From the NCBI GenBank assembly GCA_029953675.1, contig JAMWBK010000010.1, positions 496,001 to 560,000 on the forward strand: a stretch of DNA of 64,000 bases, read 5' to 3'. Position numbers and translations under genes: made by a program. Every line of letters starts with the position of its first letter. Within the stretch, counting starts at the first letter, position 1. The DNA is from Rhodosorus marinus CCMP1338. Its lineage: Eukaryota; Plantae; Rhodophyta. The notes under the pieces are model-generated. The model was not told the origin of the DNA and did not search any database. It saw only the letters and a list, made by a program, of their open reading frames with translations. This document shows positions 34,401 through 45,249 of the stretch, one piece after another.

Positions 34401-37400
34401 ACATGTTTTCGGACGAGGCCGTGCAGAAGTACGGCACGGAGGAGCACATGCGTCGATTCTTTAGGATGGACACCTGTAAACTCGAGTCTAGGCGGAAGCA
34501 AAAATCAGATCCAGGAAATTGGAACGAGCTTGGCTTCCGAACGTTAAAGAGCGCCTGGGAAGGAGTATCGCTTAAACTGAGAAACTACCCGACGGCGATT
34601 TTACGTGCGGACAGCATTATGCTCAATGGCCTAGTTGGAGTTGGCAAGCAAAACGTTACGAAACCGTTCGTGACACGCACTCGGGTCGGTTTAGGTGTGA
34701 AACTCGCGGCTGACGCACAATTGGTGAGTTGTATCTTCGGGGATTTCCCCAGATTTCTTCTGTACAAGCTGGTCTGAACCAATCGTACTTCTGAATGGTT
34801 GATTACACTTCACGCAGCCGATAACGCCTATGAAGATGTTCATCGATATGGAAATCTCGAGCAGGACTATGCAGGTGTCTTGGAATCAGGCGTACATGGC
34901 GGCATTGATTGATTTCACGAAGAACGTGAACAAATTTGTTGGGGAAGGGAAGGAGATATCCCCAAGGATAATGTCATTCGACATGATGCGCGCAAACCAC
35001 CATGCGAGGATACGATTTAAAGTCTACAAGCTGGTTGCACGGATTGGTGCTGGAATTAGTCCGTATGCTCGAATTGATCATTACTTGGACGTTGCCGCGG
35101 CGCCCCTGGAGCTGAAACTCTCCCGATTCGGCGACCAGGAGTTTCCGCTCATGGTCCAGTTTCGGAATTTGGCGATTACGCCGAGAACGTTTAACAAGGA
35201 TCATCGCAGCAGGATCCACCTGAAATCCGTTTCGGTGAATTTATCGATGACTTACTTCAACCGTAACCCTGACAGAAGCTCACAGGACCACTACCTGCAC
35301 CCGTTTCCAGAGAGAGAAGAGGATATCGTCCTCCCGGCCTACAAGTTTGTTAAGATTGAAAAGACCGTAAGTTACTCAAGAACGCATCGGCGGTGAGCGA
35401 TTTTGTGAATTGTTGTGTCATGCGCGTGCTTAACTGTGAAGCTGTTGGACTTTTTAGATGTCAAAAGATGACTCGTGGCCGCGCAAGTTGGCGGGTGAGA
35501 TGACCCAATGGAAAGCTGAGATCGGCGAAACTCCAGGGTGGGATACATGGCACGAGTGGAGATCGAGGGCTGTGGATGTGGTTTTAACCGCTTCTATTAT
35601 ACAGAAGAGGCACCGAGAACGAAGGTCACGCTCCAACAACACATGGAGTGACCGTACCTCTGACCCGATGCAGCTGACATCGGATGGCATCACTACTCTG
35701 CTCAAGACGGCCAGGATATTCGCTACGGGGGGACCCGCCGTGAAGGCGAACCCTGGGTAAGTCCGACCGAAGATGTCTTCTAGATTTTGTAGCGCTTACT
35801 GCTCGCGCTTCCAATTGCTCACGGCGCACATTCTGCTCCTCTCGCGGCACTATTAGGTGGAAGGAGGACAAGTACATTTACAGACCTATGCCAAAGGAAT
35901 CTCTCGGGGACGTGATGAGGACTGTTAACATAGACGCATCAATTGCGGGAATTCAGATGAAGTTATTGAACAATATACGGCCAGGCAACAGCATGTATGT
36001 AAGAATTGACAACGCCATGTTCAATCAGATATCTGAGAAGTCGCATCTCAGTGTTACCGGCGAGAGGGAGTTAATGAAACGGGCTGCCACAGTTGACAAC
36101 TTGGAAATCCGACAGACTATTCCGGACATGGACATTGGTGGTACTGGCCCAAACGGAGATGATGGATTTTTTGTGTGTGCGGAAGCTCTTGCATTCAACA
36201 CTATACCGGGAAATGCGGACGTGCTCAGAAGCGTGGACGATAGTCTGAAGAGCATCAAAACATTTTCTTCGCCTTTCCGAGGAATCTCAGCTGGGGACGG
36301 CCGTCAAAAGGGCAGGAACATTGAAGAAGCGGAGTCCAAGAACAAGGTAAGCGTGAGGTCGCTGAAATTGTTCATCTCACCGGACCGAAGGGACGCAATA
36401 ATCCATTGGAGAATGGCTCTACGGGAGAAGACTTTTCCCTTGAAAAAACATCTCAGACAGCGTAAGGGGGATACGCGTCCCGTAATGGACAAAGCAGAGC
36501 AACTTCGTCGTCGGGAAAGAGACATTCTCGAGCAAATCAAGAGAACTGGCTCGGATGAAATAAGAACGTTTACTGAGTCCAACGCCACCGAGGGGAAATC
36601 CTCAGAGAGCGAAAACGACTATGATTCGGTCTTGGAGTTCAGGCCTGTCTTTCACATGATCGTTGAGAACACGCAGGCAATGTTCTGCTCACAGGATACA
36701 AAGGGAACCATTGTCCTCCGAACCGCTCCCATGGAGGTTAAATTCAATCGGAAGACCAAAGCTTCTGACATGAGCGAGAATGGCGTTATGGATGAGAGCG
36801 AATGGAACGTGCAAGCCAACAACACAGAGCTATTTTCCCTCACCGAGGATATTATCCGTGACAAGTACGGAGAGCTCTGGGTTCCGGAAGATGAAAACTG
36901 CGACGAGATCAACGAACATACGGTTTTCAGCCCAATGACCGGCGAACCTCTGACTCTAAACATATTGTTCGTCTCACAGCCTTCGTCAGGCAACATGGAG
37001 ACTGAGAGAGTGCGGCCATCCACGTTGTATATCAATGTCCCGAAGTTTTCTCTAGACACAACGTCCGATCAGTTCGTGGTATTCCGCAGAGTTATCGACA
37101 TGCTGAACAAACGGGTGCCGATGGCCACAGATATACAGCACGAACTCGCCGCTCTCCGATACCAACTTTTGAGGAATATCGGGTCCATTGACAAGGACGA
37201 TTTGGATTATCACGCAATGCACCTGAAGACCATTTGCCATCAGATCGAGTATGCTATGGAAACCGGGCAACTGGACTTGGTCAAGTCGCTTCTCAAGAAT
37301 GAGGAGGACATCCAGCACTCTCGAAAGCTTTTCCTTGCGAAATCGAAGGCGTTCAACACTTTTATCCATAAGCAACACTACAAAGACAACCTTGTGAGTA

Positions 37401-38882
37401 CCGGAGACTCCAACGAGATGTACCCAAGCATGTTCTTCTCGTGCTCCTTTGACGTAATTGTGTGGAAGTTGAGGGAGAGTGCAACCCGGGATGAATTGGC
37501 CGAGTTGGAGATTGCGAACCCTGTTTTCAATCGAGTTGCATACGTGGGCCGTGGATCAAGCTTGGAGTTCACCTTCACAAACATCAACGTTGTGAATCGA
37601 ATGCGCGGAGCAATGTACAAGAAGGTTCTCGCCTTGAACAAAGAGGAGTCGGGAGACGGTAGTGATATACTGAGTACGGACAGCAGGAATGTGGCTTTCA
37701 AGTGGTTTCACATGATCGTCGAACCCGTTGGCGAGATCAACGTCTATGACCACTTGACCATCAAGGTTGGTTAAAACTAGTACAGGAATATGTTGATAGT
37801 GAGTTTCGGTGGTTAACGTTAGATGTTTTCCTTTGGTCAACAGTTGGCACCTCTTCGTGCAAACTTATCCACCAAATTGCTGAAAGCCATCAAGGAGTTC
37901 ATTATTCCCCCGTCTCAGCAAGGTGGCGCCATGACGGAAGAGATGAAAGAGTCAAACGAAACTGTATCCGTCACAGGCAGTCCAGCTAATGATTCTTCTC
38001 GGAATGAGTCGGAACTCCAGATTATGCGGTAAGCGACAGCACGTGATTCTCCATTAGGCCATTGTGGTAAGTCGGCATTCTAATCTTGTCAGTCGGATGC
38101 TTTTCGGATTTCCTCGAAAACGACACAGGGCACGAGCAAGAACCAGTAATTTCTTCAAGTACATTTACATTGGAGAAGTCAAGCTTGTCGCATCGCTCAG
38201 GCTCGGTGAAGAGTCGAGAGGCAGAATAGCAGAGTACTTCAGCGCCGTTCAGAATCTGGTTATCAAAGATCACTCTCACATGTACAGCTCAAAACTGTGG
38301 TCATGGGATGATTTCCTAGGGGAAATCCGAAGGCTGCTGTCGAAGTAGGATACTAGCTCGCTCTTCGATTGGTCCGGCCTGCTTTGCTTCTGCCTGCTAA
38401 CCAAAGATACGCCCTCGTATTCGAACAGGCTCAAATCGAGGGCAATCAACCATGTCATTCGGGACAAGTTAAGGGTGGGAATAATGATTCGAGATAGGAT
38501 GCGACTTCAGACACGTGGACGAGCCAAAGTCCAAACTCCTACAAGCAGTTTTGAAGATGACGAGGACAGGACCGTTGTAAGCCTGTCATCGAAGGTTTTC
38601 GAGTCAATGTCAACGGAGCCTCAAGTTACTTTTGGTGACGAATTTGAAAGTTCAATGCTACCCGGGCAGATGTCTATCACATCGGACGAATTTTTCAAGC
38701 AGATGATGTTCTCGGATGCCACACGTACGGAAAGCAAAATCACGTCGGACCCGGAAGAAAATCCAGACAACGGTTCTGAACCGTCGAGTTCGAGGTTCAT
38801 GAGCACATTCCGCGCTAACACCTTTGGCTCCTTATCGAGGAGCTTTGGTAATAGTTCAACTGGGTTGGACTCTGATGGTTGA
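31497..38882 (+). CDS. BLTP2: Bridge-like lipid transfer protein, BLTP2/FMP27/Hobbit/SABRE family, multi-exon, over 2000 aa
   Basis: N-terminal TM anchor (LILLPAVVVVCSVIVNLL), a long beta-rich body, VELHDHPL, and a C-terminal Apt1-like region (YDHLTIK|LAPLRANL..., FFKYIYIGEVKLVASLR...SSKLWSWDDFLGEIR). Same-strand ORFs join through short GT-AG introns, for example 33061-33137. Confidence 0.78.
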
Positions 38883-39298
38883 TTGACAATGGCAGCTTCT
38901 TCCCTAGGTCTGTATAAAAATGCTGCAATGGGTACATTGTAGAGTCCTCCCAAGGGACTAATGTAAAACAGAACAGGTCGTTGGACAAGCTTGCAGTCTA
39001 CGGGATCTATCCTGTTTTTCGGGAAGCGATTAGCTGTGACGAACTCCATGTTCCTGGTGTTCTCGATTGGTTTAATTAGTTTAGTCGAGGTGCCGGAAAG
39101 TGGAATTTTGATCCATCCCGTTGGGACATAGTTGGAACCAATGTTCCACATATCAATCCTCCTTGAAAGTGTGAGTCCTACGTCACCGAGCAGTTCAAAT
39201 TTCAAAGCAAAACAACATTCTGACCACCTGAGCACGTGAGTTTAGTGTCAGCCGAACTGAAGTGGAACGCGAGCGAAAAGAAAAAGACGACCGAAATG

Positions 39299-39671
39299 TG
39301 GCCAAAAAGTGTCGGAGCAATGGCCAATGTTCCTTGAGAAATCTCGTCTGCTTGTCGATTTGATTGCATAATAATACTATAAATACGACCTTGGCAATAA
39401 GTGGGGGAAATAAATACTTCCGCTTGGCCAAAATCTGTCAACGATGCTGACCAATGTTCCTGAGAATGGGGTTGGCCCAGTGCAAATCAAATCTGATGCT
39501 TTGACTATGCCGTTGCGAAGTATGCGAAAACAGCTCCTTCCGCTTGGCCAAAACTTATCAGGAAGTTGACCAATGTTCTCGGGATGACCACCAACTCTGT
39601 TTCGCGCAGAAAGTGCAGAGTTATCTCTTTCCGCGCGGCCAAAACTGGAGCAAAAAACCCGACCAGTGTTC
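39299..39671. repeat. Four-copy bipartite motif array: (ttccgc)NNggccaaaa-N14-16-(g)Rcca(a/g)tgttc
   Basis: Copies lie at about 39299, 39418, 39538 and 39629, separated by unrelated sequence. An isolated ccaatgttcc half occurs at 39138. Confidence 0.85.
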
Positions 39672-39885
39672 ACCAACTCGCGGTTGGTGGTCAGGCTGGT
39701 GTGGCTTTTATCGGCTGCGGGAAAGTGGAGAGATCGGCTTGCTGAGAGAAGCCGTGGAGAGCCTTGGAGCTCAATGACGTCCAAGGAGATGGACAAGGCG
39801 ATTGCGTTTTAGTCCCACTTGCTTGTGAGCTCGTTGAGGGCGAACATTGTAAATGGATTGGTGAGCGGGTTGGAGATGGACAGTG

Positions 39886-41882
39886 ATGAGTACCAGGAAG
39901 TTAGTGGAAAAGATTCCTCTCCGGAGGGGCATATTTACCCTCCGGACAAGCGCTAACAGGTTGGCGCCGGGGGCTCCTCGGCGAGTCGCCGGAAAATCTC
40001 CGCAAGAGGTTTTCCGGCTTGTTCGGATTACGAAGGATGCTTCGATTGTACCTGTTGATAGCGATGATGCACGGCAGGCGGAGCCGCCATCTGGAAAATT
40101 CAACGTGGGTTCCTTGGAGGCAGATGGTGAAGATCCCACTTCTTGGAGGAATCGGGCCTTACTTGCTCGGACTCGCCGTAAGCTGGCACACTAGGAGTCC
40201 AACGTTCTCTGTGTCGGGTCCTCTGAGCGAAATCTTTTTGTCTGCTTTCTCAAATTAGACTTTTTCCGACCAAGAGGTTTGCTAGTCGTCAGCAAGCCGG
40301 CTGGTCTTCCCAGCGAAGTAATAACTAGGGGAGTCGTATCGTTAGTTGAGCAAATCCCTCGTCCATCCGCGGTTCACGTAGATTATGAAGGACAACCAAC
40401 AGTGAGTGAACTGGTGCTTCAAGCGATTGGGAGGATGAAGACCCATTTGCACGGTCGCATGTTCCTCCGAGCATGGCTTCACCTAAGTACATGAAACATA
40501 TCCTCCGACGAACAGGTAAAGAAAACCCGCATTAAGGTCGGAAAGGGCCTGGGAGAACGGTGTGAAGGCCTGCTGCTGTATGGGTTCGGCGCCGAGAGCA
40601 CTATCGTGGCGCTATCGAGGCACTTCTTTCCGTTGAAATACAGAGTTACCGTATGGCCAACCCTTGATGAACTTAATCCAAATTCGCAAGCGACTGTAGG
40701 GGCTAAACCCGTTGTATGCTGACTTTGCAGTTAACTCTGGGCCTGGAGACGTCGAACTTTGAAGCTAATGGACAATTCCCACGCAATCATGCGTTCGAGC
40801 ACGTCTCTAAGGAGAATTTTCTGCGCGAGCTGGAGCAGGCCATAAATGTACCACATGATCAAATTAGAAAGGTGCGGGACGCAACTCATCACGAGCCATC
40901 CGCTTCAGCTTGACATATGAATTCTACTTTTTCTTTTCTGTAGCTTGCTTCCGTAGGCATCCGAGAGTGGGGAGGAGACCTCCGCAACACCAACGACAAC
41001 GCGGTGAACCTTGGCGGCTCAGATATTGATAAGCTTCTGGCTGTTAGCCCGTCCCAGTCTAACAGGGAGCTGGTTGAGGAGAGGCTCCCAGTAGACGATA
41101 GGAAGGACTTGGATTTCCAACCGGAATGGGGGGCATGGGTCAGTCAGTTCGATGGCAGAGAGCGTTGTTCGCCCCTTGTTTTTCATTTGTCCGGATGAGA
41201 GGCTCATCGAGGCTCGACTGGTTTGTGAATCTTTAGGAAGTTTCGCAGGCAAAAATTGTTCAGTTTGATCCGCCCAATGTGATTGTGGACTTGTCAACAG
41301 TGGGCGATTCATGGCGCCCAATGTTCCACCTGATAGCTCGCCGCTTGGTGAGGCGTGAGATTTCCCCAGCTCGCCGATCTGATTGCGTTGCCACGCTGAC
41401 CTCACTCGTAGAACTCCCGCTTTTCTCCTGTGTACAGGGTACGTACGCGACTATGACCAAGGTTGTGAGGACTGGATACGGACCTTTTCATCTAAGTGAC
41501 GGAGTGAACTTTTCTGGACTACAGAGCCCTGGGGATGTAATGAGATCATCTCCAGGAAATTGCTGCCTGGACTCACTCACTAACATGCGAAGATCTCTTC
41601 CGATTGCAGATTCTGGCCGCTTCTGAAGCGGCGGTTGAGAAGTATTCCAGTGCCTATGGTGACCAAGACAATCACACCTCGTGCTTAGTAAGGCAACGTA
41701 ATATGGAGAGGGAGATGCAAGATCTTTACGCTCGAAAAAAGCAGAGACGGCTGACCAGCAAACTGTCAAGACGGCAGAGCTTCTTGAGAATAGTGGAGGA
41801 AACGAGGAAAGGCCCATACGCCCACCGCCTGAAGCGTTTGACCAGACACGAAACTCTGAAAGGACGGGAATCGTCAATCTAG
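39886..41882 (+). CDS. TruB-family (TRUB2-like) pseudouridine synthase homolog, mitochondrial-type presequence, 7 inferred exons
   Basis: GLLVVSKPAGLPS; KVGKGLGERCEGLLLYGFG; KYRVTLTLGLETSNFEANG; FEHVSKENF; IVQFDPPN; GTYATMTKVVRTGYGPFHLSD. All joins are GT-AG and in frame. Confidence 0.8.
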
Positions 41883-43781
41883 AAGCGCAGTTACCTGCAG
41901 GAAGAGTCGTCACGTTCCGCGAAAGACGCAGGTGGAAGCTGATCGAACGCTGAACTGGAAGCTGATCCTATCCGGATACTGATGGTCTGCAACTATGGTT
42001 CAGTCATGAAGACGAATGCAGATAGTACAATCTGCGCTTGAACTAGTGCAAGATACTACGCAGCTCGGATGCGATTCGAACAGAGACTTGGTGTTGTCCA
42101 AGCCAACGCAATCAGACCACCCACATTTTCTTCAGGAATACAGACTCACTGTGGAATATTATACTTTCGTTATTCATCACCATCCTAGATGTTGCGCAGC
42201 GGTTAGGGCAATTATTGAAATTAAAATTCAAAATACAGGAAATCAAGATTGGGGTAGCGTCGTAGAATATGACTATCCCCACTAATTTGTACTAGCAGAA
42301 AACCAGCGTGTCAACGGCCGCGTATTATTTCTTCAAGAATACATTTCTAATTCAAAACTTGAACCGGATCCTCAAATATTTATTTCTTATTCATAACATC
42401 CATCCTGTCCTGTTCCCAAAGAAACTCCTGCGGCTTTCTTTTTTAATCCCATCTATATATATAATAATAATTCGATCTCTCTCTCTCTACATCAAAAACC
42501 CAGCCGAACGGATCCAAACCCGTTTATATGCCGGTTTGCAGACGCTTTTCGTATTTCCGATAACTTTTCCTGGTATACCCTTTGATATCTCGAACTGAAC
42601 AGAAAAAAAAAAAAAAGGCATCGATCAGAAGGCGGGGAAGTACAGGGCCAAAACCCATCTAAAAACGAGACACCCCCCCTTCCGCCCAAGTCCCTCCACC
42701 CCCTTTTTTTGTTTGGAGGGAACAGTTTTCATTAGCTGATCTCGAAAAGAGTTTGAGTAATTTCTTTAGAGATCCTATCAAAGTATTTGCAAAACGATTT
42801 TCCCCCCCCTCCTCCCCTTCCTACCTCCCTCTCTCTCTCCGCTACCGTTTTTCTTATGGGACGGGGGTGAAGAAGTATTTTGGAGTTATTTTTAGTCAAT
42901 CTTGTATCAACATTTATTTTTTCTTCCGTTTTTTTGTCTACAACCTTGTCCAGATAAAGTACCCGACGATTAACTTTTAGGCGAACACGACCGGATTCCT
43001 GGTTGTCCAAAAGTCGCTTACGGGTATGCAAAAAACAGTTCTGCTGTTGGCAGGTTCCGTTGAAAGGGGTCAACCAATCGGCACCCGTCTCAATGTGCCT
43101 ACCTCAAGGGGTAATCAACACCCAATAGGACAAGATGTTGTACTAAATTACCCCCTTTTACAATGGACGCAAGCAAAAGATAGCTAAAAATATTTTAATA
43201 TATAATGTACCGCTTCCCCTTTCCCCTTCCCCTTACCCCTCAATGTATTCACACTGGATAGAGAACGTTTCTTATAGGGGTAAGCACTCTTGTCCGGTGC
43301 ATTTCTAAGCAATTGAGTTTACCCCTATGCTGAGGAGAGGCTGTCGTTGCGGAAGGAAATCGACGGCACTTTTTACGAATCAGCAAGCTAGATTTTATGA
43401 GGGGGGGTGTCGTGTCACATAAATTTTCTTCAGTAGAGAGGGGGGTAATTTTGTTCGCTTTTCTTGGTGTCTATGTCGTCGAGCTGATCTAGCTTCCATT
43501 TTTAGTTGAAGTTTTTTGGGGGCCTACTAAGGAAACGGGGAGTTTCACGTCACGATTGGAAAGGTGAGACCCCACGAACACTTGAACACTTGGGGTCATT
43601 TATTTTCCGGGAAAGTAGGTTCGAAACGGGTATTTATTTCGATCTATGGGTTTTGGTGGGGCGGGGAGGATAGTGGAGAGGAGGGAAAAGTTTGTGCTGG
43701 TCGTGAGTGTTGGTTTGCGTTTGTACAAGGGCGGGGAGTACTTTTGTGTTTGATTTTGTCTAGTTTTGAGAGAAAACAAAA

Positions 43782-45035
43782 ATGGCGAAGATTCTTCCCC
43801 CTCATGGCGGTTTGGACGAGCCGGTGAACAGGGTTGTTGATACCCTCGGAGATACTGCGGGTATGCCGAAGATCAATGTGGTAGCTGTTGATCAGACATC
43901 TCTGTACAGGATCGCCGATGGCACTCTGTCCCCATTGACAGGCCCAATGGGTAAGGCTGATTACGATCAGGTTTTGAATGAGAAGTCTATTACTCGATCC
44001 GGTGAGAAGTGGGCATGGGCCATCCCCGTACCCCTCCCTGTTACTGACGCGGAAGCAGAATCATTGAAAGCGGGCGAGAAGGCTGCCCTCGAATTCGAAG
44101 GAACGGTATTCGGTGTCATTACGATCGACTCTGTGTACGACTGGGACAAAGCTGAGTTCATTGAGAAGACTTACGGCACAAGCAGGACCGATCATCCGGG
44201 TGCGAGACTGTGGACCGGCGATGAGCGGACAAAGCTGTGCGGTGGTGAGATTAGCCTGTTGGCCTACAGCGATGACCGCGAGTTCAAGGATAGGATTATG
44301 TCCCCAGCTGATACGCGCAAGCTCCTTGCCGAGGAAGGATATGACGCATCCATCGCGTTCCAGACAAGGAACCCGCTCCATCGTGCACACGAGTACGCTC
44401 TCGTTTACGGGGCTGAGAAGGTCCTTAGGGACGAAAAGCCCTCCAAGATTGGTGTATTCCTCAACCCGTTGGTCGGTCAGCTCAAAGGGGATGACGTCCC
44501 GGCTGCCACTAGGATGTTGACATACGAGCGGCTGATTGACGGGCACTACCTGGGTGACGGAGACAAGGACGTAGACTTGTGGAAGAGTTCCGGCCAGGAC
44601 ATCAACCAGCAGACAAAACTCGCGGGACTTGACATGCGAATGTACTATGGAGGTCCGTCCGAAGCAGTTATGCATGCAATTTACAGGCAAAACCTGGGTT
44701 TCACAAAGTTCATCATCGGCCGCAAGCATGCTGACGCTCCGTATGATGACAAGACGGATATCTGGGGAGACTTCGACGCGCAGGAGATCTTCACCAAGCT
44801 CGGAGGAAAGCTCTCTATCGAAACTGTAAACGTGGGCTTTGCAGCATACTTTGAGGAGATTGCTCGCGTCGGTCTCGTCGAGGACAACAAGGGCAAGACC
44901 AAGGTCAGTATTTCTGGAACCAAGGTTCGCACAATTCTGAACAGCGGTGATATGCCCGACTCTCGAATCATGCGTCCATCCACTGCGGAGGTTCTTATCG
45001 AGTACTACAAAAAGAAGAACGCGGCCTCCGCCTAA
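43782..45035 (+). CDS. sat: Sulfate adenylyltransferase (ATP sulfurylase), intronless, 417 aa
   Basis: PPHGG, LSPLTGPM, WAIPVPL, AFQTRNPLHRAHEY, PLVGQLKGDDVP, MYYGGPSEAVMHAIYRQNLG, FIIGRKHAD and ISGTKVR. Confidence 0.97.
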   Translation: MAKILPPHGGLDEPVNRVVDTLGDTAGMPKINVVAVDQTSLYRIADGTLSPLTGPMGKADYDQVLNEKSITRSGEKWAWAIPVPLPVTDAEAESLKAGEKAALEFEGTVFGVITIDSVYDWDKAEFIEKTYGTSRTDHPGARLWTGDERTKLCGGEISLLAYSDDREFKDRIMSPADTRKLLAEEGYDASIAFQTRNPLHRAHEYALVYGAEKVLRDEKPSKIGVFLNPLVGQLKGDDVPAATRMLTYERLIDGHYLGDGDKDVDLWKSSGQDINQQTKLAGLDMRMYYGGPSEAVMHAIYRQNLGFTKFIIGRKHADAPYDDKTDIWGDFDAQEIFTKLGGKLSIETVNVGFAAYFEEIARVGLVEDNKGKTKVSISGTKVRTILNSGDMPDSRIMRPSTAEVLIEYYKKKNAASA

Positions 45036-45249
45036 GACGAGTACTTCATCACAAATACATATAAAACCAAAGAAATGAAGGACTCTAGCACTCATCGGAG
45101 AGCACAACACAGAAATTGCTTACACTCAAAAATTAAAGCCGCGTTCCTGAGCCTGCATCGTACTTCAGAGGACCTTTCACACTGAGATATAAAGAAATTT
45201 GTTTTTGAACCGGAGGGAGAGCCTTGCACGGCACTGCAGGGGGCATACA

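Noticed and set aside
39299-39671. CRISPR array interpretation of the motif array
   Set aside because: The context is a eukaryotic nuclear genome with no cas genes. The repeats are interrupted and diverged, and the spacing is irregular.
42732-43073. 113-aa minus-strand ORF upstream of sat
   Set aside because: It has a non-ATG start and a low-complexity purine-rich composition typical of the promoter flanks in this window.
44061-45110. 349-aa minus-strand ORF
   Set aside because: It is the antisense shadow of the ATP sulfurylase CDS and has no motifs.
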